Below are positions 8,189 through 17,795 of a stretch of 64,000 nucleotides of DNA, piece after piece. A model generated the notes under the pieces. It was not told the origin of the DNA. It made no database searches and saw nothing but the letters and a program-made list of their open reading frames with translations. The DNA lies in assembly GCA_947447665.1 (NCBI GenBank), contig CANFJX010000002.1, forward strand, positions 209,659 through 273,658, in the 5' to 3' direction. The position numbers were made by a program, and so were the translations under genes. The stretch is from Bacteriovoracaceae bacterium. GTDB taxonomy: Bacteria; Bdellovibrionota; UBA1018. Position 1 is the first letter of the stretch. Each line of letters starts with the position of its first letter.

Positions 8189-10162
8189 TTAATTTCCAGC
8201 CAAACTCGTCAATACACTGAGGTGGAGAGATAATCTCTGAATTGCGTCCTCTGGAGTAATCATTTTAAAACCGGTAATCACAGATGCGGGTGATACTAAT
8301 GCGGAATTGGGAATCAATTTCCTAACCTTTTCGATTTCGACTGTTTTCTGGTTTAAAAATAAAATATCAAAATTGGCATAAGCTGATTGGATAGCGATTA
8401 AATCTCCGAAAATTTTATCGAACCAGCCAAAAATATGAAAAAACCGGGATGAATGAGTCCGATCTAAAGCAACTCTTTCTGGATTTGGAGCCACCAGATC
8501 CGGAGATATGACTTCGGATCTGACATGATCTGGAACGGTTGAGTTGTAGCTTGGAAAGATATCATACTTAGCTTTTATGTTTTTAGGATCTCTCAAATCA
8601 GGATTGCCCAAGCAGACTGGGATCTCGAAATGACTTGTAAAATTAATAATTTGATCTTTAAGTCCTTCAGTTGCCTTGTTGTATTTTAAGCACTTTTGGA
8701 GTGATTGATGGAGACTCGATTTAAAAAAACTATCCACCTCGAACAGAGAGTCCTCCAATTGCTTTTTGATCAGCGTCAGATCGGGATGCGCATGATTAAT
8801 CTCTCGCATTGCCTCTAAAAGGGGTTCGGCTACCTGCAACAATTGATCACGCGAAACCACCGCACCTGGGACGTTTTCCTGTTCAGTAAGTGGCCGGACC
8901 AAGTGGCGGTCCCAAGCTTCAATCAAGGCTGCTCCCCGGGCCAGGAGGATGGGATTAATCTCCTCTGCAAGAAATTGAAGCTCTCCCGTAAAGATGTCAT
9001 CACTGTCTTTCCGAGAGAACAAATGGGTGATGCTTTCAGAAACGAGGAGCCGGAGAATCCGAGACCAGTGAAACTGAAACCAACTTCGAGCCACGTCAGT
9101 TCTCATCTGCTCCAACTCGTAAAAGTCTCGCACTACGGACCCTCGAGTTAACTCGAAACCCGCATCAAGGAAATTTTGATAGTATTCGTAATTTCCTGGC
9201 ACGGAAGGTCCAGGAGTACCGGACGGTCCTACCCCTAAACTCGAAGGGCTCGGGGTGCTAGAATCCACCTGACCACAGGCTCCTGGGCCCAGCTTCTTCG
9301 TGCCAAGGACTCGCCAACAAGAATCGCCGTCACCCCCTTGGCCAGGCCTTCCCTCGTCGCCCACTGGACCGCCTTCGCCTCCTGCTCCGCCTAATCCGGG
9401 AGAAGATTTTACGAAATTTAGCTGGAGCTCGCTTACGGTCTTTTTGGAAGTGAGAAAAACAATCGGAACTGAGCCACCACCCTTGCCTCCTGGGCCACCT
9501 TGGCCTCCCTGGCCTCTTTGTCCTGAATCGCCCCCATGGCCTGCTTCCCAGCTCCAAACAAGCCCAACCCAAGCCTTCTCGCCTCGGCCACCGGCGCCAC
9601 CGGTGCCACCCTTTCCACCGGTGCCACCTTGACCGCCTTTTTGTCCAGTTCCATCAATCGTTGGAGTTCCGATGACTTCAGCCGCAAAGACCAAAATCGG
9701 ACTTGGGGAGGCCTTTGCTGAAGGTCCAGTATATCCTGTGGCTCCAGTCCCTCCTACTCCCCCCTTTTCTCCATCATGCGTGCGCTCGCTTGATACATTC
9801 CTACAGGAATCACATCCAGTGGATCCTTGAACACCCACTGCAGGCATCAAATGGTTCCGCGCCATGGGGAGAGAATAAGCCTTAATCGTCGCGCCAGCCT
9901 TAAACTCAAGTCTGCGGGTATCGATCAGGAGCTGATGGCCCCGAGTCACAATGGTCCCATTAATGATGACTTCATCCGCTTTGATAACCGTGGGACCGGT
10001 CAAAACGTAAACTGGATTTCCCAATGTGACTCGATCATGCGACCTTCTCATTGCGCCTGAAAAATCTTCGAATTCGCTGGGGGGTGGCAGCTCAACACAC
10101 AACGCTTGATGTACCATTGTGAACCAAGCGCACGCCACCGTCCAAACGCTGAATTTACTCAC
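8189..10162 (-). CDS. Secreted Gly-X-X repeat (collagen-like/polyglycine II) protein with a helical C-terminal domain
   Basis: Signal peptide, beta-rich VIKADEVIINGTIVTRGHQLLID, and several GGxGGx tracts (GQKGGQGGTGGKGGTGGAGGRG). Confidence 0.8.
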   Translation of the reverse strand: MSKFSVWTVACAWFTMVHQALCVELPPPSEFEDFSGAMRRSHDRVTLGNPVYVLTGPTVIKADEVIINGTIVTRGHQLLIDTRRLEFKAGATIKAYSLPMARNHLMPAVGVQGSTGCDSCRNVSSERTHDGEKGGVGGTGATGYTGPSAKASPSPILVFAAEVIGTPTIDGTGQKGGQGGTGGKGGTGGAGGRGEKAWVGLVWSWEAGHGGDSGQRGQGGQGGPGGKGGGSVPIVFLTSKKTVSELQLNFVKSSPGLGGAGGEGGPVGDEGRPGQGGDGDSCWRVLGTKKLGPGACGQVDSSTPSPSSLGVGPSGTPGPSVPGNYEYYQNFLDAGFELTRGSVVRDFYELEQMRTDVARSWFQFHWSRILRLLVSESITHLFSRKDSDDIFTGELQFLAEEINPILLARGAALIEAWDRHLVRPLTEQENVPGAVVSRDQLLQVAEPLLEAMREINHAHPDLTLIKKQLEDSLFEVDSFFKSSLHQSLQKCLKYNKATEGLKDQIINFTSHFEIPVCLGNPDLRDPKNIKAKYDIFPSYNSTVPDHVRSEVISPDLVAPNPERVALDRTHSSRFFHIFGWFDKIFGDLIAIQSAYANFDILFLNQKTVEIEKVRKLIPNSALVSPASVITGFKMITPEDAIQRLSLHLSVLTSLAGN

Positions 10163-12515
10163 TTTCGATCTCCTCTTGATTCTGGCTAAAACTGCCTAAG
10201 TCGCCCTTGGGTCCATCCGGATTCACAGGCCCTAGGGTTCCTGCTGGCAGCTCGAAGCTCCGCGTTTTAACTTGGGGTAAGATTTGGTGATCTAACAGGT
10301 CCTTGGCAGCTATTTGTTCCTGAAGAGCAAGAAGGGCTTGCTCGGCACGCGCACGAATACAATCTAAATTGATTCCTGGGCAAACTCGATTGAGTTTTTG
10401 AGCCTGTTGCGTGGGAGAGAGGTAGCTAAAGTCTTCCTTGATAAACACTTGAATTGTCGGATCCGTCTCAGACTTTCGTGTAGCCGACTCAAACAGGAGG
10501 CGTAGGTCATGAATAGATGGATTGTCTAAAAAATGATCGCCACTAGCGGTCGAAGCCTCAGCAGATCGCGATAAACTCCATCGCCTAGTAAATTGAATAA
10601 AAGTAGCTAAATCCAAGTCCGTAGCGTCGCCATCACCACCTCGTCGCGCAGGCACGGCCCTTTGTCCTGAACCACCTTGGCTCTCTAAGATAGGAAAAAA
10701 ATTCACTCGGGGCGCCTGGTCTGCCCCTCCAGGCCCAGGTCTCAATCTTACCCTGAGGCTACCACCAGAATAACCTTTCAAGGCTTTCGCAAGAGCAGCT
10801 CGACCCGGTTGGGCTTCTTTTTCGATCACATGGAGAACAAAATAATAGGTTCCCTGGCCCCTGGAGAAATCAGGATGGTTCACCTGGAAACCTACGATCA
10901 ACGGAAACGTGATCGCAGCATCTTCTTTTAGGGGACTCTCTGCGGGCAAGTCCGGATGCTTTAGGGCTGAGCTCAGATCAAATAAGGATCCATCGATTTG
11001 TGTAGTCACCCAATCTAAGCTCACATCAGGAGCGATGATAGCAGAGTCAAACGGCATATTCACTGTGGGTGTCTCTAGTTCAACCCGGGTCGGACCGACC
11101 GCTCCGTCAACAAAAGTGCAACCGCGCTCTTCTATTAGATGGGCTAAGTCTGCGGCATTTCCGACTGAAATTCTCCTTGAGGGAATACCAGCAGCATCCA
11201 GCGCACCACAAAACGATTGAATGGAAGCAGTCGTTGGGTGGAGATAGGCATTCAGTCGAAAGGTTAAAATTCGGTCAAGCAGAGTCAAGCTTGCAGGGAC
11301 CGGTAAAACGGGGACAGAGGCTAGTTCAGGAAATGCTACACTGGGCATGACTCGCTGAATTCTCAGTCGAAACCACATTGCATCCAACGATTGATGCGTA
11401 TATCCGCTGGGTAAGCTCTCCAAAAACTCAGAAATCGGCTGATTACTTCTCTGTAGTTCAGTCTCATAGCGTCGGTACAAGTCCTCAATCCAAGCAAGAG
11501 CGTGAACTGATGAATGGACAGGACTCAGTTTTCTCTCGATCTCTCGCAAGTCCATAAGTAAATTCCATCCCAGTCGAAGTTTGGAATATACCTGCTCTTT
11601 TTCAGTAGGTTCTCTTCCTCGATTCTGGAGTAGTTCAGAAAAAAAGGCCTGCTTCAGTCGATCGAGAAATTCGTTCAGTTGATCTTGTCTTAGGTTTAGA
11701 AAAATAGACTCGCTCGAACTCATGAAAAGTTGTATTAAATTGGAGAATCTAAATTTATTCAAAAGTAAGTTAAATGTTTCTGGGCTTTTAATGATGGAAT
11801 CAAGAGTCCTGTTTAGAAAATGAACATGCCCCAATTTTTTTAGATGAAATTGGACCAGTGAAATGACAAGAGAACTATTAGGGTTCTCTTCGGAAAGCAG
11901 GGACTCGACTACTTTTTGCCAAGTTGGAGCTGAAAAAATTCCAATCAACTCTCGCCAGTTAAGATTTTGATTCAGCTTTGATTCTTCAGTCAATAATTCT
12001 GCCAAATAGGTGGAATTCTCAAGAAGATCGATTGGATCCTGTTGACGGACTAATTGAGTGTTCAGCTCGGATAGAATTGCGCTCAGCGCATCAGGTGATA
12101 GAGGCGTGGTACATTTCTTAAGTGGCTTTAATAAGTAAGCTAGACCGTGAGCATGAGTGCGAGCAACCTCTCCAAAGGATTGGAAATGCTCGATTTGGCA
12201 AGAAATCGAATGTAATTGAAAAAGTTTATCTCGATTGTCGGGCTCAAGCTGGTCTAAAATATTTCTACTTAGAACCTCGCCCCAGAACTTAGACCACCCA
12301 AAGTCTGCTGGAATACTTTTTTTAATTCTGTCTAATGCTTGTGATCTCTCTTGGTTATTGGAGGCTTTTCTTAAAATATAGATTGCAGTATCTGCATTGA
12401 ATGTAGGGTGCACGCTGACGCCAACTAAGCCACGGCTGCAGCTAGTGGCAAAAAAAAGCGTTAGAACACATGGATAAATCAGCTGAAACAATGTAGTTTT
12501 TAAATCCATTTTCAT
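10155..12515 (-). CDS. Putative lipoprotein with a helical N-terminal half and degenerate Gly-rich C-terminal region
   Basis: Lipobox-like FFATSC; C-terminal KGYSGGSLRV...QGGSGQ...RRGGDGD...GPKGDLGS. First gene of the leftward operon, 8-bp overlap with the next gene. Confidence 0.75.
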   Translation of the reverse strand: MKMDLKTTLFQLIYPCVLTLFFATSCSRGLVGVSVHPTFNADTAIYILRKASNNQERSQALDRIKKSIPADFGWSKFWGEVLSRNILDQLEPDNRDKLFQLHSISCQIEHFQSFGEVARTHAHGLAYLLKPLKKCTTPLSPDALSAILSELNTQLVRQQDPIDLLENSTYLAELLTEESKLNQNLNWRELIGIFSAPTWQKVVESLLSEENPNSSLVISLVQFHLKKLGHVHFLNRTLDSIIKSPETFNLLLNKFRFSNLIQLFMSSSESIFLNLRQDQLNEFLDRLKQAFFSELLQNRGREPTEKEQVYSKLRLGWNLLMDLREIERKLSPVHSSVHALAWIEDLYRRYETELQRSNQPISEFLESLPSGYTHQSLDAMWFRLRIQRVMPSVAFPELASVPVLPVPASLTLLDRILTFRLNAYLHPTTASIQSFCGALDAAGIPSRRISVGNAADLAHLIEERGCTFVDGAVGPTRVELETPTVNMPFDSAIIAPDVSLDWVTTQIDGSLFDLSSALKHPDLPAESPLKEDAAITFPLIVGFQVNHPDFSRGQGTYYFVLHVIEKEAQPGRAALAKALKGYSGGSLRVRLRPGPGGADQAPRVNFFPILESQGGSGQRAVPARRGGDGDATDLDLATFIQFTRRWSLSRSAEASTASGDHFLDNPSIHDLRLLFESATRKSETDPTIQVFIKEDFSYLSPTQQAQKLNRVCPGINLDCIRARAEQALLALQEQIAAKDLLDHQILPQVKTRSFELPAGTLGPVNPDGPKGDLGSFSQNQEEIESE

Positions 12516-12596
12516 AAATTTTTAGTTTCTATTTAAAATAAACGGATGTATATTACGAAACGCATTTATAAGTCAACTATTCATTGTTGGTATTAA

Positions 12597-13304
12597 ATGA
12601 GAATTTTTAAACGAATTAATTCGAGTGAAAGCATGAAGATTTTTATTTTCATAATATTTTGCACCATTCTTGGTCCAGTAGTCCAAGCCGAAGACCTACC
12701 TGTTGCAATTAATTTAAACGAAGAGATTCCACAGAAGCTGATCTATGGCGATGTTTTTATTGGGCAAAGCATTGAACCTAACCAGCATAAACTTAACTCT
12801 TACATTCAGTATAGTTCAGGTACTAACAGTCCCCAGTACTCGCTCACAGGTGCTAATTTAGGTTCAGATTATTGGCTTCTAAATTCACTTATGGTTGGTA
12901 TGAGTCTAAATTACTATTCAAGTTCTCCACTTTTACTTCAAGAAGTTCTCAGTAATGAACTCCGACTCAATGCAGTTTCACTTAAATATTACAGCCCAAA
13001 ATTCGGAATCTACGCCCATTTGGGGTATGTCCCACTTCAGGGGATCTTCAATCTATTTGAGAAGTTTGTAATTAAATCGAGTCTCATTGTGGGACTCGGT
13101 TTAGGGACGACCCAATATAGTGATCACGCATTTTATCCAGGCATAAAGATCTTTATCGAAGAAAGACTCCTTCTCTACAAAACATTTGGAATTAGCTTGG
13201 GTATTACGCATTTCTGGGAAGGAAACCATCCTCAACTGGAATCTCAAAATACTCATTGGTTAAGCAGGGATCAAGTGGTTTCGGGGGTCTACCTTGAACT
13301 CTAG
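12597..13304 (+). CDS. Outer-membrane beta-barrel protein, GltA/GltB-like
   Basis: Signal peptide (VQA; likely start 12633), alternating beta strands, HLGYVPLQGIFNLF...IVGLGLGTT resembling the myxobacterial/Bdellovibrio barrel motif P.YGK..lf...G.G.T, terminal GVYLEL. Confidence 0.65.
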   Translation: MRIFKRINSSESMKIFIFIIFCTILGPVVQAEDLPVAINLNEEIPQKLIYGDVFIGQSIEPNQHKLNSYIQYSSGTNSPQYSLTGANLGSDYWLLNSLMVGMSLNYYSSSPLLLQEVLSNELRLNAVSLKYYSPKFGIYAHLGYVPLQGIFNLFEKFVIKSSLIVGLGLGTTQYSDHAFYPGIKIFIEERLLLYKTFGISLGITHFWEGNHPQLESQNTHWLSRDQVVSGVYLEL

Positions 13305-13818
13305 AATTAAAACCACTTTAACCTTAGGGCTGACTGCATTCTTTCTTCTCGGGGCGCTAGACGGCTTTTCCTCCCAAGAAAGGGCCAACTTAGACCTGGG
13401 TCGCCTCATGAATGCCCAAAAGAAAAGCTACCTAGAAAGGAATTGGGATGCATTTTTTGGGACTGCTCAAGTGTATCGGCTCGCTTGGTGGAACGAGGTT
13501 CCATCCGTGACGCTGATCGCCCTCGAAGCTCTGGCGCTCGCTCGTCATTGCCGATATGCAGAGGCTGAATTGCTCATTGCCACCTTGGGTTCTCATTCAA
13601 GCGCCCGACGTGGTGAAACGGAGGCCATCCAGCAAGTCAAACACCTTCTGACTTCTGTTAAAAAGTTAGGCATCCAGGCACAAGAGAATTCCTCTCTCCA
13701 TATCTCGTCGAGAGCTAATCCCGAAGTATTTTGGCCGATCCAAAACTTATCACTTTGGAAGCGTTTACCGCCCACTTCCTTCCGTGTGCATATGGAGAGT
13801 AAATGTCGTTTAGAATGA
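13294..13818 (+). CDS. Exported small helical/TPR-like protein
   Basis: Signal-like N-terminus; LEALALARHCRYAEAELLI is TPR-like. Overlaps both neighbours. Confidence 0.6.
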   Translation: MNSRIKTTLTLGLTAFFLLGALDGFSSQERANLDLGRLMNAQKKSYLERNWDAFFGTAQVYRLAWWNEVPSVTLIALEALALARHCRYAEAELLIATLGSHSSARRGETEAIQQVKHLLTSVKKLGIQAQENSSLHISSRANPEVFWPIQNLSLWKRLPPTSFRVHMESKCRLE

Positions 13819-15773
13819 ATCTCATTCGATTGGCTCCTCTAGTGTTCGGCGCCTTTTCTCCGGCCTGGGGAGTCGCTCTCCCTTCGGTGGATGACGTCCG
13901 CCCTCCGGTCAAGGCGTCAGACACGATCTCATCAGCTTCCGCCCTTCTGGCGGCAGGGGAGCCAGAGCAGGCGATTACCATTTTAAGGGCGATTTTTTCT
14001 TCCAAAAGGGCAGGAGACATTCGGTTTAATGCGGCTCTTCTTTTGGCTTCATTTGGCCCAGGCACGAGTGCCTTCCCTGATCGTGCCGTTTATGCAGAAT
14101 TTGTTCTGAGTCATCCTCTGGCTGTCAGCAGGTTAAAAAATTCAGATCGAATTCGACTCCTCAGGAGCGCAGGACTCGGTTGGTTTAGTTTGGCGAGATG
14201 GCCCGAGGCCTCCCTCTCGTTCGAAAAGCTGCGGAACCTCGGAGGACCTGACGATGGCTCCCTCTCCGAGCTTCATCTCGGCTGGATTGAGTTGAACCAA
14301 AAGAATCCAAAGCTAGCTCTGCAGCGTTGGTTAAGTTTTCTCGGTCATCACCAGCATGAGGTCGATCAACCATGGGGACCCACGCTCATCCGGGACCTGG
14401 GTCATGTCTGGATTGAAGCTGGAGGGTTCCCGCCCGAGGTTGGTGAGCAAATCGACCGACTCATCCAAAGTCATGATGAACTCAAATATTTCCGGGAGGG
14501 GATGTCACAAGGACTAGGTTTGATTCCTTTGGATTCTCCCACATGGGCCAGTTTTCGGGGCTCAGCATTAAAAACTCGTATGAGTCGCCACCTAGCGGAT
14601 TTACTCCTCAAAAACCCTGAGGCAATCGAGTCACATCCCTGTGAAATCTTAGACTGGATCAAGCAGGACGGCTCCATCGGAGGCGGCGAAACTCAGGGTC
14701 AATTATTTGTCTCGCTCCAGAACTGCTTAAAGTCCCCTGGGATTACCGAAGGGGAAAATCGCAAAGTACTACTCACTTTATTGCATCCATGGATGTCTCA
14801 CCTCAGGAAGAGCTCGGGCATTTCGATTGAGGATCGGAGATTCGCTCTTCTTCATATTTTTTATCTTCAAAATGAACCAGACCTCAAAAAGAGGCAGGAG
14901 TGGTTAGAGAAATTTTACCCCAGCCCATCGGAAGTCAAAATCCTTAAGAATGGCCCAGTAGCTCTCCTGTGGTTGGAGGTTCTGCAAAGGCGCGCACATG
15001 ACGAAGATACTTCAATGATCAGAAAGTCATGGATTGATAATTTTTTAGAGAATCCGAGTCAATTTGAATTTGTACCCATACCTCCAGATGACCTCACACT
15101 CATTGCCTTGCAAATCAGTCAACAAGAACAAGTTTGGCTCCCGATCTGGAATTATCTCAATCGACTTGGGACAAAGATTTTCACTTCAGAAAGGGTTTTG
15201 GGATCACTTCACGTTTGGCTAACTAGCTTCATTTCACGTGCATTCTTGGACGGAAGCCTTCCGCCTGAGCCGTCAGTTGAATCGATTACTCAACCCTATT
15301 TTAATATCGTTCGATTTTTTATCTATTTGGAAAATCAATTTAACCAAAGTTTACAGCCCAGTGTTGAGTCTGACTTAGTTGGAGCATCCTGCCTAAAGGA
15401 TCATCTTAACGCTCAATTTAACACTCAATCTAGTCCGATATTTTCGGCCTACCATAGTACACGCGATGGCATAACTAGTTTAAAATCTGCATTAAAAATA
15501 AAAATCAAATTAGAATCTTCGCACTTCTTTAGCGACTTAAAAAAGCAAATAAGTTTCATCAAAAGTGGCTCATTATTTCTAAGAAAGGCTGGAATTTTAT
15601 TTCCGCCTGTCAAGCAAACCATGGCGAAAGTGTCAAATCTATATATTGACTCAATTCGATCTAACATTCAAGCGATAGAAGCACCCAATGAGTGGTCAGT
15701 GCCTGATCAAGAATCTTGGCGTGCCCAAAGGAAGCAGATTGCAGATGGCCTAAACGAGTGGAGAGCTGAATGA
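13815..15773 (+). CDS. Exported TPR-repeat protein, GltC/GltD-like position
   Basis: ATGA overlap with the previous gene, signal peptide (SPAWG), TPR-like AGLGWFSLARWPEASLSF and LHLGWIELNQKNPKLALQRW. Confidence 0.65.
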   Translation: MNLIRLAPLVFGAFSPAWGVALPSVDDVRPPVKASDTISSASALLAAGEPEQAITILRAIFSSKRAGDIRFNAALLLASFGPGTSAFPDRAVYAEFVLSHPLAVSRLKNSDRIRLLRSAGLGWFSLARWPEASLSFEKLRNLGGPDDGSLSELHLGWIELNQKNPKLALQRWLSFLGHHQHEVDQPWGPTLIRDLGHVWIEAGGFPPEVGEQIDRLIQSHDELKYFREGMSQGLGLIPLDSPTWASFRGSALKTRMSRHLADLLLKNPEAIESHPCEILDWIKQDGSIGGGETQGQLFVSLQNCLKSPGITEGENRKVLLTLLHPWMSHLRKSSGISIEDRRFALLHIFYLQNEPDLKKRQEWLEKFYPSPSEVKILKNGPVALLWLEVLQRRAHDEDTSMIRKSWIDNFLENPSQFEFVPIPPDDLTLIALQISQQEQVWLPIWNYLNRLGTKIFTSERVLGSLHVWLTSFISRAFLDGSLPPEPSVESITQPYFNIVRFFIYLENQFNQSLQPSVESDLVGASCLKDHLNAQFNTQSSPIFSAYHSTRDGITSLKSALKIKIKLESSHFFSDLKKQISFIKSGSLFLRKAGILFPPVKQTMAKVSNLYIDSIRSNIQAIEAPNEWSVPDQESWRAQRKQIADGLNEWRAE

Positions 15774-16036
15774 AAATTCTATCGAAAATGGCGATTATTT
15801 TCGTACTTTTTGTCTGCACAGCTGGACTGGTAATCCAAACCAAGGCTCAACCGCCTCAAGAAGAGGTTGACCTAGGGATCCTATCGGTTGAAGGCAGCAT
15901 TCGCTACCCAAGTTTCCAGGTGATCGAAAACCCTGAAACCCTCAGGAAGGTAACTCGCGAAGCATTGGGCCGTGAGCTGACTAGAATTGAGGAAGAAGTA
16001 CTCAGGTCTTGCGGGAGTGAAAATGAAACTGAATAG
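15770..16036 (+). CDS. Small exported protein, GltF/CglF-like
   Basis: 88 aa with a signal peptide. EVDLGILSVEGSIRYP resembles the GltF pattern iDf....ieG....P. Lies directly before a gltG-like gene. Confidence 0.55.
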   Translation: MKILSKMAIIFVLFVCTAGLVIQTKAQPPQEEVDLGILSVEGSIRYPSFQVIENPETLRKVTREALGRELTRIEEEVLRSCGSENETE

Positions 16037-17120
16037 CCTTACTCAGATCTTTGCTCCCTGCCAAATTAGGGATAACCTTCGACTGAGCGTGGTGCCGCAG
16101 TCATTACTCCAGTCTCCCCCTCCCTTCGAGGCGAAGATGTCTCGAAACGGGCTTGAGATCCAGATCAAATCTTCTGACTCCCTTAAGGTCGTCAAAGCTG
16201 GGGTCGTCATTTATGACGGTAGACAGCTGATTTTTGAATCTAATTCTAATTTTCGAATTTTTGGAAGTTACGAGGACACTCTCGTGATTTCAAATCACTT
16301 CGGAGACTCATGGACTGTGTCGTTTAAATACGAAATGGCTTCGCCAGATGACCAGCAAGCGGGGATGTTTGCAAAATCATTTTTCGAGTCAGGCATGGCA
16401 CATTTGCTCCTCGTGATCCTGATAGCAGGGGCAATTTACGCCCAGAGCATACCCCTCCAACGATCGTCACCTCTCGACTCATCTTTAGGCCTCCGAATAG
16501 AAAGTAGAAATTCTGAGGCACCTTTAATTACATTTACGCCGTTTTCTGGGATGAGTCTGCGTGAATTTGAAATGCCAGAGTCATCGGAGCATTCAAATAC
16601 GAAGCGGACGTTTCAGCCTTTGAAGGCCCTTGGAAAAACGGCCTCATTTCTCAAATCATTCTTCGGCGGGAAGGCGAATCAGGCCCTCGAGATTACGTCA
16701 GGCCGATCCGCTTTGAGTGCAGTCGAGACAGCAAAAATTGACACCAGTCGACTGCTCGAGTCCACCCTAAAAAGGGACAACAGAATAGCCGGGGGCTCCG
16801 AGCAATTGGCAGCTCGAGCTAAGTCAAACGAACGAGAAAATAAATTAAGGCAAAAACTAGAGTCACTCAAACCAAAATTGACTGAAGCATTCGATCAAGC
16901 GGTTCGAATGGATCCGGCATTTTCTGTGAGTGTAACTATCGAGGGCTTGGTAAATAGTCGTGGACGGCTGTCCAGCGTCGAGCTCAAGTCTAGAGGTCAT
17001 TCTACTCCCCTGGCGCTAGCTGCCTTCGAAAGGCAAATCAGAAATATTCTTGAATCAGTAGAAATAGGCAATGAATTCTCAGGGCTCAAGTTACGAACGG
17101 AACATGTTTTTATCAAGTAG
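16023..17120 (+). CDS. Inner-membrane TonB-like energy transducer, GltG/GltJ (AgmX/PglI C-terminal domain)-like
   Basis: Single TM helix with a TonB/TolA-like SxxxH motif (SGMAHLLLVILIAG), a linker, and C-terminal LTEAFDQAVRMDPAFSVSVTIEGLVNSRGRLSSVEL. SD GGGAG before ATG 16023. Confidence 0.65.
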   Translation: MKLNSLTQIFAPCQIRDNLRLSVVPQSLLQSPPPFEAKMSRNGLEIQIKSSDSLKVVKAGVVIYDGRQLIFESNSNFRIFGSYEDTLVISNHFGDSWTVSFKYEMASPDDQQAGMFAKSFFESGMAHLLLVILIAGAIYAQSIPLQRSSPLDSSLGLRIESRNSEAPLITFTPFSGMSLREFEMPESSEHSNTKRTFQPLKALGKTASFLKSFFGGKANQALEITSGRSALSAVETAKIDTSRLLESTLKRDNRIAGGSEQLAARAKSNERENKLRQKLESLKPKLTEAFDQAVRMDPAFSVSVTIEGLVNSRGRLSSVELKSRGHSTPLALAAFERQIRNILESVEIGNEFSGLKLRTEHVFIK

Positions 17121-17150
17121 GAATAATTATTTTAGGAGGACAGTAATTTT

Positions 17151-17795
17151 ATGATTAAGACGTTGTTTGATATTTTTCTTTTTTTGGGATCTGAGTGGGT
17201 TTTGTGGATTTTGGGAGGTTGTAGCCTTCTTTGTATTGCAGTGATTTTTGATCGTAGACGGGCGATTAGCGCTCAGGATCGGGTTGGAGAGAGGCTTTGG
17301 GCGGGTGCACTAAGAGTTTGGGTTACGGATCAGGTTCCTGCCGACTGGGCACTTCAGGCACCTGAGTTTTTGAAGCGGTATCCTTGCGTAGAAGCTAGGC
17401 TCCTCAACTCGTTAGCCAATCGAAATCGTATCACTACCGGTGATATTGAAAAGATCAGCCTAAGTGTTTTAGCCGCCGAAAGATTAGAGTTAGAACGAAA
17501 CCTGGCAATCCTAGGTACCCTTGGAAATTCTGCCCCATTTATCGGTCTTTTTGGAACCGTTCTGGGAATTATCAAGGCTTTTTCGCAACTCGATCAGGCC
17601 GCCAGCGGAAGCGGACTTAATTCAGTGAGCGGTGGCCTAGCTGAGGCGTTGGTCACGACCGCGGCAGGCCTTTTAGTTGCCCTTCCGAGTGCGATAGCAT
17701 TCAATTACTTTCAGCGTAAAATAAAAGCGATTTTCTCTAGATCCATGAGCATAGCTGGTGCAGTGGGCTCAAGCCACAAAGAGGAGCGAATATGA
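17151..17795 (+). CDS. MotA/TolQ/ExbB proton channel protein
   Basis: LAILGTLGNSAPFIGLFGTVLGIIKAF and LAEALVTTAAGLLVALP; SD AGGAGG. Confidence 0.95.
   Translation: MIKTLFDIFLFLGSEWVLWILGGCSLLCIAVIFDRRRAISAQDRVGERLWAGALRVWVTDQVPADWALQAPEFLKRYPCVEARLLNSLANRNRITTGDIEKISLSVLAAERLELERNLAILGTLGNSAPFIGLFGTVLGIIKAFSQLDQAASGSGLNSVSGGLAEALVTTAAGLLVALPSAIAFNYFQRKIKAIFSRSMSIAGAVGSSHKEERI

Noticed and set aside
12536..12563. dif-like site (TGTATA core followed by TTACGAAACGC) in the divergent spacer
   Set aside because: Only the core matches. There is no convincing XerD arm (TTATGTTAAAT), and the region is AT-rich promoter DNA.
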